Of a DNA stretch of 64,000 bases, positions 9,840 through 18,917 are shown piece after piece. The DNA lies in NCBI GenBank assembly GCA_965207065.1, contig OZ242260.1, positions 2,560,001 through 2,624,000 of the forward strand. The letters run 5' to 3'. Below the pieces are notes generated by a model. The model was not told the DNA's origin. It worked only from the letters and a program-made list of their open reading frames with translations, and did not search any database. The stretch comes from a bacterium. Its GTDB lineage: Bacteria > UBA8248. Each line of letters opens with the position of its first letter. Position 1 is the first letter of the stretch. A program made the translations under genes and the position numbers.

Positions 9840-11156
9840 ATGGAAGCAACTGCCTACCAGAGTTTCATGGAAGAGCGAATCACCCATATCACCGAAGCCT
9901 GTACGCACTGCGGAAAGTGTTACGAAGTCTGCCCGATGGTCACGTATTCAGAAGCCAAGGGAGCAGAACCCGAGCGGGTGACGAAATCGGTGATCGACAT
10001 CATCAATGATCGCCCTCATGAGCCGGATGGGGCGCTTTGGGCCAAAGCCTGTCAGAAAAGCGGCGTTTGCATCGAGGCCTGCCCGGAGGACGTCAACCCG
10101 CGTGAAATGCTCTCCTACGCCAAGCTCAAACTCCAGAACGTCGAATCTGAGAAAGCGGACATTCAAGAGGCCGGCAAGACTTATTTTCAGGATATGAGCC
10201 GCAAGATCCGTTTCATGGCCGCGCTCCAGCTCGAACCCGAGCTATTCAGAGGTCTCACTGCCGTGCGGGGACCCGGGGCAAGCAAAGTGGATGCGGTGTT
10301 TTATTTCGGATGCAACATCCTCCAGACGCCTCACATCCTGCTCTCCTGTATCGATGTTTTCGACCGGCTCGGGCTGGACTATGAGGTCGCCGGCGGCGTG
10401 GGCCATTGTTGCGGCATCAACCACATCAGGCGAGGGGATCTTGAGGCGGGAGGAGAGATGGGGGCGCGTTCGCTTGCGCATTTCAAATCTTATGAGCCGG
10501 AACGGGTCATTACGTTTTGCCCCACTTGCCAGATGCAGTATTCCGAATATCAACACCTCTACACTGGAAAGCCGGTTCTCCCGATGGCGGGTGACTCTGA
10601 TCATATCGAGGAGGAAATCCTGCCGTTCATCCACATTACGCAATACCTGGTGGATAATCTGGAAACTTTACGGGGAGAATTCACGCAAAAGGTGGAAAAG
10701 CGCGTGGCCGTGCACCTGCACGGGGGAACCGATGGCGTCGAGGAAAACGTCATAAAAATCCTGCGAGCGGTCCCCGGACTCGAGTTCGTGGAGATTGAAC
10801 AGTTATCGGATCATGCCTATCAGTGCCCTACGCTCGTCATTCCCGAGGCGAAAGCGGCGATGCGCGAGAAGCTTATGGACTCTGCGCGCCGCGCCGGGGT
10901 GGATTCCCTGCTCACCGTTTACCATAGCTGCCACCGGGAGCTATGTGATCTCGAAAAGGGGGAGCCCTTTGAAATCGAGAATTTCATGACGATTCTCGGC
11001 CAGGCCATGGGTTTTGAGTATCCCGATTACACGAAGACGTACAAAATTTATGAGGATATCGATCTGGTCATCCAGGAGGCGGAGGACACGCTGCGCGCCT
11101 TTGGCATGGCGCCCGAGAAAATGCGGGAGCAGCTTCAAACGGCGCTCTACGGCTGA
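9840..11156 (+). CDS. Fe-S oxidoreductase (4Fe-4S dicluster plus CCG domains; HdrD/GlpC-like)
   Basis: CTHCGKCYEVCP, CQKSGVCIEACP, FYFGC, HCCG, FCPTC, YHSC motifs. Confidence 0.85.
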   Translation: MEATAYQSFMEERITHITEACTHCGKCYEVCPMVTYSEAKGAEPERVTKSVIDIINDRPHEPDGALWAKACQKSGVCIEACPEDVNPREMLSYAKLKLQNVESEKADIQEAGKTYFQDMSRKIRFMAALQLEPELFRGLTAVRGPGASKVDAVFYFGCNILQTPHILLSCIDVFDRLGLDYEVAGGVGHCCGINHIRRGDLEAGGEMGARSLAHFKSYEPERVITFCPTCQMQYSEYQHLYTGKPVLPMAGDSDHIEEEILPFIHITQYLVDNLETLRGEFTQKVEKRVAVHLHGGTDGVEENVIKILRAVPGLEFVEIEQLSDHAYQCPTLVIPEAKAAMREKLMDSARRAGVDSLLTVYHSCHRELCDLEKGEPFEIENFMTILGQAMGFEYPDYTKTYKIYEDIDLVIQEAEDTLRAFGMAPEKMREQLQTALYG

Positions 11157-11206
11157 GAACCGGTCAATCCAGCTTTTCTAACATGTTGAAAACGCGCGGA
11201 TATTCC

Positions 11207-11893
11207 TTATTTGCGCGCCAGAACGATGTCGAAATTTCCCAGTTGATAGGTTTTTCCCCAGGAGACTTTCTTGAGCGAAATGATCAGAGAGGGTCTCGAG
11301 CGTTCATGGTCGCCCAGTCTCGGGTCGCCCCGGAAATACAACTGCGTCACCAGGGGCTGATAATCGGGATGGCGGATATAGAAATGGATGTGTGAGGGCC
11401 TCGCCCAGAAGCCGAATCCGTAACGTCCCGGATGCACGGTCTCGAACTGATACAGGCCACGCCTTGTGGTGCGCATACGCGCCCTGTAGAGGTAATTCTC
11501 CCTCTCGTCCATGCCGTGGTAGCTGCCGCCGTCATCCGCCTGCCAGACGTCCACAGTCGCGCCCTCGAGCGTTTTCTGGGTGTCGTGTCCATATACGTGG
11601 CCGCGGATGATCATGGGCGTGCCCGGCGCGCCCTGGGGCATCAGGCGGCCGCGGAAAGGAGCCCCTTCCTTGTAGTAGGGTCCCATGGAGTCCGCGGCGG
11701 TCGGCTTTCGCGCTATTGGAGGCGCCTCATCCGGTTTCTCGCCTTGCGCAATCAGAAACTTCCCGAATTCCCCCAGTTCCCCGTAGGCGGGCGTGGGAGC
11801 GAGGGTTTGCCTGAACGCGAAGGCGCCCGCGCCCAGCGCAGTGAGGCCGATCAGGGTGTTTTTCAGCAGTTCCCGTCTGTTCCATTTCTTCAT
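11207..11893 (-). CDS. Intradiol ring-cleavage dioxygenase family protein with Tat signal
   Basis: NRRELLK twin-arginine leader; GPYY, VDVWQADDGGSY, ETVHPGRY, RPSHIH, TQLYF motifs. Confidence 0.85.
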   Translation of the reverse strand: MKKWNRRELLKNTLIGLTALGAGAFAFRQTLAPTPAYGELGEFGKFLIAQGEKPDEAPPIARKPTAADSMGPYYKEGAPFRGRLMPQGAPGTPMIIRGHVYGHDTQKTLEGATVDVWQADDGGSYHGMDERENYLYRARMRTTRRGLYQFETVHPGRYGFGFWARPSHIHFYIRHPDYQPLVTQLYFRGDPRLGDHERSRPSLIISLKKVSWGKTYQLGNFDIVLARK

Positions 11894-12090
11894 GGCGAAA
11901 TACCTGCGGCGGCGGGGCCAAGTTTCTTGAAGCAGACTATCACTTCAGAGCGGGAAGGTTCCAGTGCCGGAAATTCACACGGCATATTGACGCGATGGCG
12001 TCACCTCGCCACCGGCGCGAGAGTGCTTGAAAATACTGGCTTTCCGGCGTAATCTCCTCCCCGGCGCGCCTCATCGTGGATACGACGGAA

Positions 12091-12477
12091 TCAACCCCGC
12101 TGCGCCATCTCGATGCTGATGTTGTCAGGCCCCTTGATGAAGGCGATCTTCACGCCCGGGCGTATCTCCCAGGGCTCGCAAATCCACTCGGCGCCCTTTT
12201 CGGTCAGCTCTTTTTGCGCCTCGTCCATGTCGTCGACCCGGAGCCCGAAATGGTCCAGCCCGTAGCGGGGGTCTGAGCCCGTCCGCACCGGGTCTTCTCC
12301 CTCCGCCCGGCCCGAGACGAGGAACACCATGCCGTTCAGGTCCATGTTGAACGAGGGCGCGCCGCCCAGCTTTCGCTCCTCCACGACGGTGGCGCCGAAC
12401 ATGTCGATCCAGAAATCGCGTGCGGCGTGCGGGTCTTCGCTCCTGAAGTGAAGGTGGTCGTATGAGTATCTGGCCAT
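12091..12477 (-). CDS. VOC/glyoxalase family protein
   Basis: YDHLH, GLDHFGLRVDDMD, AFIKGPDNISIE. Confidence 0.9.
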   Translation of the reverse strand: MARYSYDHLHFRSEDPHAARDFWIDMFGATVVEERKLGGAPSFNMDLNGMVFLVSGRAEGEDPVRTGSDPRYGLDHFGLRVDDMDEAQKELTEKGAEWICEPWEIRPGVKIAFIKGPDNISIEMAQRG

Positions 12478-12602
12478 GCGGGAATCCCCTCTCGATAAGC
12501 TGTGAACCTCGTGTCTGACGACGAGTCCGGTTGTCTATCGGCTTGATAAGCCTTGGATTGTAAGGATGGCGGCCGGGAGTGGCAAGGGGCTGGAAGCCAG
12601 GT

Positions 12603-13244
12603 CTAGCCGGGCCCGCCCTCTTCTTCCTGTATGAGTTTCTCCGCCTCGGCCATCTCGTGGAAAAGCGCGCAAGTAGCTGAAAAATCACGTTCCAGCTTGT
12701 CGAAAAGCTCCCTGATTTGCCCGGGCGAGGCGACTTTCGAGAGCTGGCCGTGAACCGCCTCCCAGGAGAGCGTCCCGTGCTCTCCGCGCTTGAAATCCGT
12801 CTCCTCGCTCGCCGTGATGGCGTCGTACAGCTCGTTTTCGTGTTCGAGTATATCCCGGAGCACCGGCTCGTAGTTCGGGTCGTTCGATTCCAGGTAGCGC
12901 TTGAGGTAGTGCCTGAAAGCGGGCTCTTTTTCCACCGGCTGCGGGTCGGACATCTCGCGCATGACCCGGCAGGTGACGGAGAAATCCTTCTCCAGACGCT
13001 CGAAGAGCTGCTCGATGTGGAAGGGGGTGAGAATGTCCGTAAGTTCAGTAAAAACAACGTGCCACATGTGGGAAAGCCGCTCTCCGCGGGCCGATTCCGC
13101 GCCCTCGCCGATGGTGCTCTCGTCATAGATTTCGTGCTCGTGTTCGAGCAAGTCCATGAGCACCGGCTCGTAGTTCGGGTCGGCCGAATGGAGGTAGCGC
13201 ATGAGATAGGGCTTGTATTTCCGTACTTTATGGCGTCTGGGCAT
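12603..13244 (-). CDS. Hypothetical acidic protein made of two tandem ~100-aa repeats
   Basis: 'YLMRYLHSADPNYEPVLMDLLEHEHEIYD...LFERLEKDFSVTC' repeated as 'YLKRYLESNDPNYEPVLRDILEHENELYD...LFDKLERDFSATC'; GAGGA RBS. Confidence 0.75.
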   Translation of the reverse strand: MPRRHKVRKYKPYLMRYLHSADPNYEPVLMDLLEHEHEIYDESTIGEGAESARGERLSHMWHVVFTELTDILTPFHIEQLFERLEKDFSVTCRVMREMSDPQPVEKEPAFRHYLKRYLESNDPNYEPVLRDILEHENELYDAITASEETDFKRGEHGTLSWEAVHGQLSKVASPGQIRELFDKLERDFSATCALFHEMAEAEKLIQEEEGGPG

Positions 13245-13906
13245 TGCGGGTTCCTCTGATGAAAAGCTACCGGATATGACGTCCCATTATACCACCAAAC
13301 CGGGGCGCCTCGCTACGGGGTGATGCGCGTCGCCGGGGCGATTCCCCGTAACCTGCTGATATGAAAGAGGATACTGTCTCTAAAAAAAATGGAAGCCGGT
13401 TTTCGTGTCCGGGGGAATATCACCGCAGCATTTGCGCGCATTTGCCGTCATCGCGCAAGGCGCGGCTCATGGCAGAATTCCCCTGCGCCGCACTTCCGCG
13501 GCGTCATTTCCCAAAAAATTCAATTTCCGGAAATTTATCGAAAAACCCCGTGAATTTATCGATATTTATCTAATTTATCGGTTACAAAACCCGACCGATG
13601 AGGAAGGGTTTGACCCGGCCGGGGAGGGTTTCCCTGTTCTCGAACGAACCGCGCGGCTCCGACATCATACGCGGTTTCTTCCTCCGGCCCTTGACCGCAA
13701 ATGCGGGAAATTGCGCGCCGGACGCTGCCGGGAAACTCGATTCCGACTGGAGAAGCAGGGGCTGCAACGCCCCCGGGAGGAGCCATCATACGGCGCGCCA
13801 ACCCCTCAGGATACCTCCTTGCGATTCATCCCGGCGCACCGCAAATGCGGGGTAATGCGCGCCCCGCGTGTTGTGGCAGGTCCATGAAGAGGCAATCTCG
13901 ACGGAG

Positions 13907-14112
13907 GGGGATGTTGAAAAAGCCCCCTTTTTCGGGGATAGAGGAGACGCCCCTATCGACCTGAAAACCAACCCCCCCTACCCCCCCTTGTCAGGGGGGT
14001 AAGAAAAAACAAAAGCCTCTCTACCCGGTGGGGGGTGTTGCCTTTTTATACCCCCCTGACAAGGGGGGGTAGGGGGGGTTGCTCTTTGGACAAAGGCTTT
14101 TCCAACAGCTCC
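13907..14112. mobile_element. Miniature inverted-repeat element with internal palindrome
   Basis: Terminal IRs GGGGATGTTGAAAAAGCC / GGCTTTTCCAACAGCTCC (15/18 match) enclosing the long palindrome 13969-14081. Confidence 0.65.
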
Positions 14113-14124
14113 GAAGAGGGGGGG

Positions 14125-14151
14125 TGATCCTCAGGCGGCGGCGCCGCTCGC
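14125..14151 (+). repeat. 27-bp direct repeat, copy 1
   Basis: TGATCCTCAGGCGGCGGCGCCGCTCGC, identical at 22115-22141. Confidence 0.9.
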
Positions 14152-14472
14152 CGTGGCCGCAGGCCGCCTATTGCCCGCCGCGGGTATGAAGCGCACCGGC
14201 GGAGGTGTTTCTCGGCCTCTCCTGGCGAAGGTTAAGCCTGACTGGAGGCAGGCTGTTGCGGGTCGAGATTTGGAAGACGCTCCGACAGGGACTCGCCGGG
14301 ATGCGCGGGAATGATAATGAATCCGCTTTCGCTTTGATAACATGGCATGCAAGGCGGGTTTCGAACGAAAATGTGATTAAAGAACTTTACCTCATGATAT
14401 CAATGGGATAGAAGGGTACTACCGCCGATGAAGAAGACTCGACGCATGTAAGCGGGTCAAACAGACATACAA

Positions 14473-14790
14473 ACGCCCTCCTGCGAACTCTGGCAAGTAT
14501 CACAGGAGGGCGCTATGAGGCCGCTCCCTTGTGCGGCCGTTTCCGTCCGGTATTCAGGAGGACTCAACTCCTTGAAACACGGGACAGCATTTCGTGAAGG
14601 GGAGCCGGAAATCAGGCATCGTGAAGGAAGGCTGCGACACATTCCATGCGAGGCGCAGTTTCCGGCTCCCAAAAGCGTGTTGAACAGGGGCTGCCCGTTG
14701 TTCCCGTTCCCGGCTCGAGGACTCAAACTCATAGCAAGGAGCGGTACAGTTTGCTCTATCACGAGGGAAGCAACCAACGGGCAACCCCCT
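14473..14790 (-). ncRNA. Candidate structured RNA (five consecutive stems)
   Basis: Back-to-back inverted repeats whose C.A mismatches on + become G.U pairs on -; motif GAGT(T)TGAGTCCTC occurs twice. Confidence 0.45.
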
Positions 14791-14850
14791 TTTTCGCTCT
14801 CCGCCCTGGCCCTGGGCTCTAAGCCCCGGGGCCATAGGCGTTGTTCTCTG

Positions 14851-16509
14851 TTACCTGTTCGCACCGAACGCCCCGATGAAGGCGGCGTCACCCCCTGATT
14901 CGGTTTGCTTGGTAGCGTAAAATGTTCCCGCGACCGAACCGGGAGCATCGGGAGTGTACATTGTTGTTTCGGTTGTTATTGGAGGAACTGCGGTATTCGT
15001 CATCCTGTCCGTTTCTGGTTTAGCTCTAAGCCCGAAAAACTGGCCTTTCCAGTTGCCGACGTAGGGGACACCCGCGACAGTTCCGGCAGTCCCAGCCGTA
15101 AATGACTCGGCTATACCAGTGTCTGCAAGATCAACTTTTTGTAATTCGATGCTGCCCGGAATCGTTTGTCCGCCGGCGTTGATGCTCGTGACCTTGCCCT
15201 CGATGCTGCCGGTAGCGGCACTATTTACTGGATTCTGAAATTCTGCGGTGAGTTCAACGCTCGCTTGGAAATAACTCGTATCTCCTCCCGTGAGGTAGGC
15301 ACCGTTCGCATCCCCTCGATAGGTGGCTGTTATGGCATCGCCCGCTTCAACAAAACTGCTGATTGTGCCGAAACCTGTAGTCGTTTCACACGTACTAGTG
15401 GTGGTTGATGAGGCTCGCATTCCACTATTTTGAGACACGGTACAGAAGTTTTTGCTGCCGGTGATGGGTTCACTCCCATATGCAAAAGCCGTTATTCCGG
15501 AACTTGTAAGCCATATTCCGGCGAGCATGTAATCGGTGTCGTTAAGTACGTGATCAGTTTCTTTTCCAGTATCTTGTCCATCTCCATCATATAAGGGGGT
15601 GGCGGGATTATCTCCCAATTTGGTTTGCGCAATGTCCGTGTAGGCATTCACGAAAACAGTGTCATCGGCATTTTTCATATCGAAGCCATATTGAAGCTTG
15701 CTCGGTCCATTAAGGGTGTCCCTCGTATTTGATCCGAAAGGACTTCCTGAAATCTCTAGCTGGACCGACCGAACCCCCGGTTTCCTGGTTGAACCGGTCA
15801 CGGTATCCGCAGGATATAGAGCACAAGGTGCGGCGCATGAGGTGCCGTCCGTAGTAGTGCCGGTCTCTGATATAACAAGGCTATCTGGCGTAAGATCGCC
15901 TATAATGGTGTCAACGACGCGCTTGTTGTCTATCAACTCCATGATGAGCGAGGAGTTGTTCGTGAATGCCGTTACAGTTTGTCCGGGAGGGGGAGTCATA
16001 GGGGTTTGCAAGGCAATTTGGATGCTCTCCACCCCCGTTTGCGCCGTCAACAGGTCTGCCAGCGCCGTCCTCGCTTCCGCCAACGCCATTCCAGCCGCCT
16101 CAGGCGTGGTGGCCGCATTCACCGCGGCGTTCGCGGCCGTGATGTCCGCCAGGGCGTCCTGCGCGGCGAGCAGATAATTGATCGCGAGATCTATCTGCGC
16201 ATCCGTGGCGTCCAGGTGGGCATACACCGCATTCGCCGCCGTGCGCGCCGCTCCCTCCCGCCTACGGGCGTCGTCGACGATGACGCCGAGATCATCCTGC
16301 GCTTTTTCAATCTTTTCCTCGTCCGTCGGCCCCGGGTCCATGCAGTCCGGGTACGTTCCGACTTGAGGCGACGTGCATTCCATCACGGGCGGCATCTCTT
16401 CTTCTTCCATCATGGCGCTGCCGCCCCCGCCGCCGCCGCCGCAACCGGAGGCAAATGCCGCAATGCACACGACAAATACCATCAATCCCAAATTTCTGAG
16501 CATTCTCAT
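14851..16509 (-). CDS. Surface lipoprotein with TbpB-like C-terminal beta-barrel
   Basis: Lipobox ASG-C plus poly-Gly; Ala-rich helical stalk; ends 'GNWKGQFFG...VAGTF...IGAFGANR'. Confidence 0.8.
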   Translation of the reverse strand: MRMLRNLGLMVFVVCIAAFASGCGGGGGGGSAMMEEEEMPPVMECTSPQVGTYPDCMDPGPTDEEKIEKAQDDLGVIVDDARRREGAARTAANAVYAHLDATDAQIDLAINYLLAAQDALADITAANAAVNAATTPEAAGMALAEARTALADLLTAQTGVESIQIALQTPMTPPPGQTVTAFTNNSSLIMELIDNKRVVDTIIGDLTPDSLVISETGTTTDGTSCAAPCALYPADTVTGSTRKPGVRSVQLEISGSPFGSNTRDTLNGPSKLQYGFDMKNADDTVFVNAYTDIAQTKLGDNPATPLYDGDGQDTGKETDHVLNDTDYMLAGIWLTSSGITAFAYGSEPITGSKNFCTVSQNSGMRASSTTTSTCETTTGFGTISSFVEAGDAITATYRGDANGAYLTGGDTSYFQASVELTAEFQNPVNSAATGSIEGKVTSINAGGQTIPGSIELQKVDLADTGIAESFTAGTAGTVAGVPYVGNWKGQFFGLRAKPETDRMTNTAVPPITTETTMYTPDAPGSVAGTFYATKQTESGGDAAFIGAFGANR

Positions 16510-16630
16510 TAATTGCCCCCCAAGGCTGGTTCCTTCCAGGAAAACGGAAGGGGCGAGCGGATAAAACGAGATTCAATTTACTGCTTGCGCTTGCGCGGCG
16601 ACGGAACGCCGCGCTCTTAACATCCCCCCG

Positions 16631-16659
16631 GCCACGGGCGTCATGCAGACGCCCGTGGC
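16631..16659 (-). terminator. Perfect 12-bp stem-loop after lipoprotein gene
   Basis: GCCACGGGCGTC-5nt-GACGCCCGTGGC, just 3' of the stop at 16678. Confidence 0.6.
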
Positions 16660-16677
16660 TGAAGGCGTAGTGCTCTA

Positions 16678-18585
16678 CTAGTCAGCCTTCCGCGCGCCGA
16701 ACGCGCCCAGGATGCTGGTCCCGGGAATGACCGAGTTGGCGCCGAAGGTGCCTGCCGCGGTCGTGGGGAATTCGGTTCGAACCGCCACTCCGGCTGCCCT
16801 GTTGGGACCGTAGAACTGTCCGTGCCAGGCGCCCGACATGGCCCTGCCGCCCAAGGTGCCTCCCGTACTACCGCTGAACGTGGTGGCCGCAGCAACACCA
16901 TCGGCGCTAAGCACCGGCGCCCTTCCGAGCGTCAGCGAGCCGTCAACGTCCATGCCGCCAGCCTTGATGTTGGTGATGGATCCGGTGACGGCGCCGAAGA
17001 GTAACGTGTCGGCAACATTGTTTCTGGGATTGGAATCAACACCGCTTCGGCCACCGAAATTGGCCATCAGGCTGGCGTCCGCCTCGAAATACTCGACCAT
17101 ACCGGCCGCCGAATACAGGCCGGTCGCGGCACCATTGTACGTGGCCGAGCCCGTAAGAGCGGCCGGTACGGCGAACGGGTTGTTACCAGCCGCGAAAGCG
17201 GCGGCCGTGGCGGGATTGGTCGGACCATTAGCGTCCGTCCCGGGTACTGCGTTCGGAACGCTCACCCAAACGCCCCAAGCCAGATAGTCGGAGTCTGGCC
17301 TCGTGATAACACCGGGTATGGCGGGCTGGAACACGTAGCCCTGGATCGCCCTGACAACGCCCGTGGCATCCACGCTAATGGAGCAATCAAGTATGGCACC
17401 ACAAAAGAATCGTCCCGACCGAGCCGGATTACCGTCAGTAGGATTCTCATTATACGTTGCCGCAAAATGGCTTCCGTCTCCCGGAATTTCTCCGGTAATT
17501 ACAGCCTGGTCCACTACGGTGTCTAAGTTGCCGTTTGCGTCTGGTGCTTCGTCCAAGGCGTTGTTCCCATTGAGATCTCTCAGATTAATAGCACCCGCAG
17601 CATTGTAGGCCTGTCCAGGCGGATTGATGTCCGTGTAGATGACGGCATTCTCTCTCCAGCCGGCTGGGCCCGATCGGGACCTGGTCATTTCGGCGCCTTC
17701 CCAGCCGCCGCCCGGCTTCTCGCCGCTCATCACCAGCGCCGCCGGGGTTTCGCCTCTCCTCAGCGTGTTGACGGCGAGTGGGGCGGGGGGGGCGTTGCCG
17801 TTGTTGCCGGTGACCGCGTTTACCGTAAATCTGGGTGCGGTACCGGTATGACTCGCCGCTACCGTGACCTGTCCGATGTGAACGGGAGGGACAGCATTAT
17901 TTACTCTGCCTTGGTTGATGGTCGCGATAGTTTCAGCACCATTGTCAGCATCGTTATCGGTATTGACTCCGGCATTGTTCGCGATAGCCGCTCCCGCCGC
18001 GCTATTCAAGGCCGCGCCCACTCTTCCCGCATTGGATATCGGAGCGGGAGCAGGTACGCCAATGAGCGCTGCGCTGTCGATGGCGCTTTTGTTCGCGGCC
18101 GCGTTCGCCACTGTCGTGATTCCCAAACCGCGCGTCATGCCGGCTTCCACCGCCATGTCGCGGGCCGCCTCGGCCGCCATCTGGTGCGTCATGGCGTCTT
18201 CAGAAGTCGTGGCCGCCTGCGCCGCTGCGTTGGCTGTACCGGCCGCCGCAGCTTGCACTTGAGCGTTTGCCATCGCCACGGGGTCCACCGCGCCGTACAC
18301 GGCCGCCATCGCCGCCGTAAACGCCGCCATGGCCGCATCCTGCGCGTCGCTCAGAGCCGTTGCTTCGGCCATTTCCGCGGCAACGTCTGCGGCGGAAGTG
18401 CAGGAACCGTCCGCGTTATACCGGCCGCCGTCACCCTCGCACATTTCCTGCGGGGTGGGGTCCGGCATGGCGGGCGGCTCTTCAACGGCAGCCGTTCCGC
18501 CGCCGCCGCCGCAGCCGGCAATCGCGAAGCTCGCCGCAATCAGAAGGGCGATAAAGATGTTTCCGAACTTTCCTGAGTTTCTCAT
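16678..18585 (-). CDS. Surface lipoprotein with TbpB-like C-terminal beta-barrel
   Basis: ATG 18585 after AAGGAG; lipobox IAG-C plus poly-Gly; 'DSDYLAWGVW', 'ATYNGAATG', 'GAWHGQFYG', 'LGAFGARKAD'. Confidence 0.82.
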   Translation of the reverse strand: MRNSGKFGNIFIALLIAASFAIAGCGGGGGTAAVEEPPAMPDPTPQEMCEGDGGRYNADGSCTSAADVAAEMAEATALSDAQDAAMAAFTAAMAAVYGAVDPVAMANAQVQAAAAGTANAAAQAATTSEDAMTHQMAAEAARDMAVEAGMTRGLGITTVANAAANKSAIDSAALIGVPAPAPISNAGRVGAALNSAAGAAIANNAGVNTDNDADNGAETIATINQGRVNNAVPPVHIGQVTVAASHTGTAPRFTVNAVTGNNGNAPPAPLAVNTLRRGETPAALVMSGEKPGGGWEGAEMTRSRSGPAGWRENAVIYTDINPPGQAYNAAGAINLRDLNGNNALDEAPDANGNLDTVVDQAVITGEIPGDGSHFAATYNENPTDGNPARSGRFFCGAILDCSISVDATGVVRAIQGYVFQPAIPGVITRPDSDYLAWGVWVSVPNAVPGTDANGPTNPATAAAFAAGNNPFAVPAALTGSATYNGAATGLYSAAGMVEYFEADASLMANFGGRSGVDSNPRNNVADTLLFGAVTGSITNIKAGGMDVDGSLTLGRAPVLSADGVAAATTFSGSTGGTLGGRAMSGAWHGQFYGPNRAAGVAVRTEFPTTAAGTFGANSVIPGTSILGAFGARKAD

Positions 18586-18917
18586 CTTGTTGTTCTCCTT
18601 GTTGATGGTAAGTAAAACTGCCGCTTCTCTTTTTGCTTCATTAGTCTTGGTGGCTCCGGTACGCCAAAACGCACCACGTCCTGGCCAGAAGTCATTTACA
18701 ATTTCAGTCAAGTATACAATATTGATATGTATTTAATATGAGGATATGGATATAAATAATGTTATTATCGTGAGGATTTGCGTTTTAGTGCATTTTTGCC
18801 GCCGACATGGCTTCTCCTGTACAGGGAACCGCTCTCTCCAGTGCGGTCCGGGCGTGGCCGTCGACAGGCAGGGGCGGGGTGAATTTCGCCCCGGCGCGCA
18901 AAGCAGCGTGCGGTGCC

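Noticed and set aside
14391-14411. CATGATATCAA motif shared with about 33064-33074
   Set aside because: Only 11 bp, two copies; too short to support a functional claim.
13260-14850. Possible CRISPR array or integron cassette array in the long non-coding stretch
   Set aside because: No regularly spaced identical repeats, no cas or integrase genes, no clear attC core boxes.
14851-18585. Diversity-generating retroelement acting on the lipoproteins
   Set aside because: No reverse transcriptase and no template/variable repeat pair differing at adenines seen in the window.
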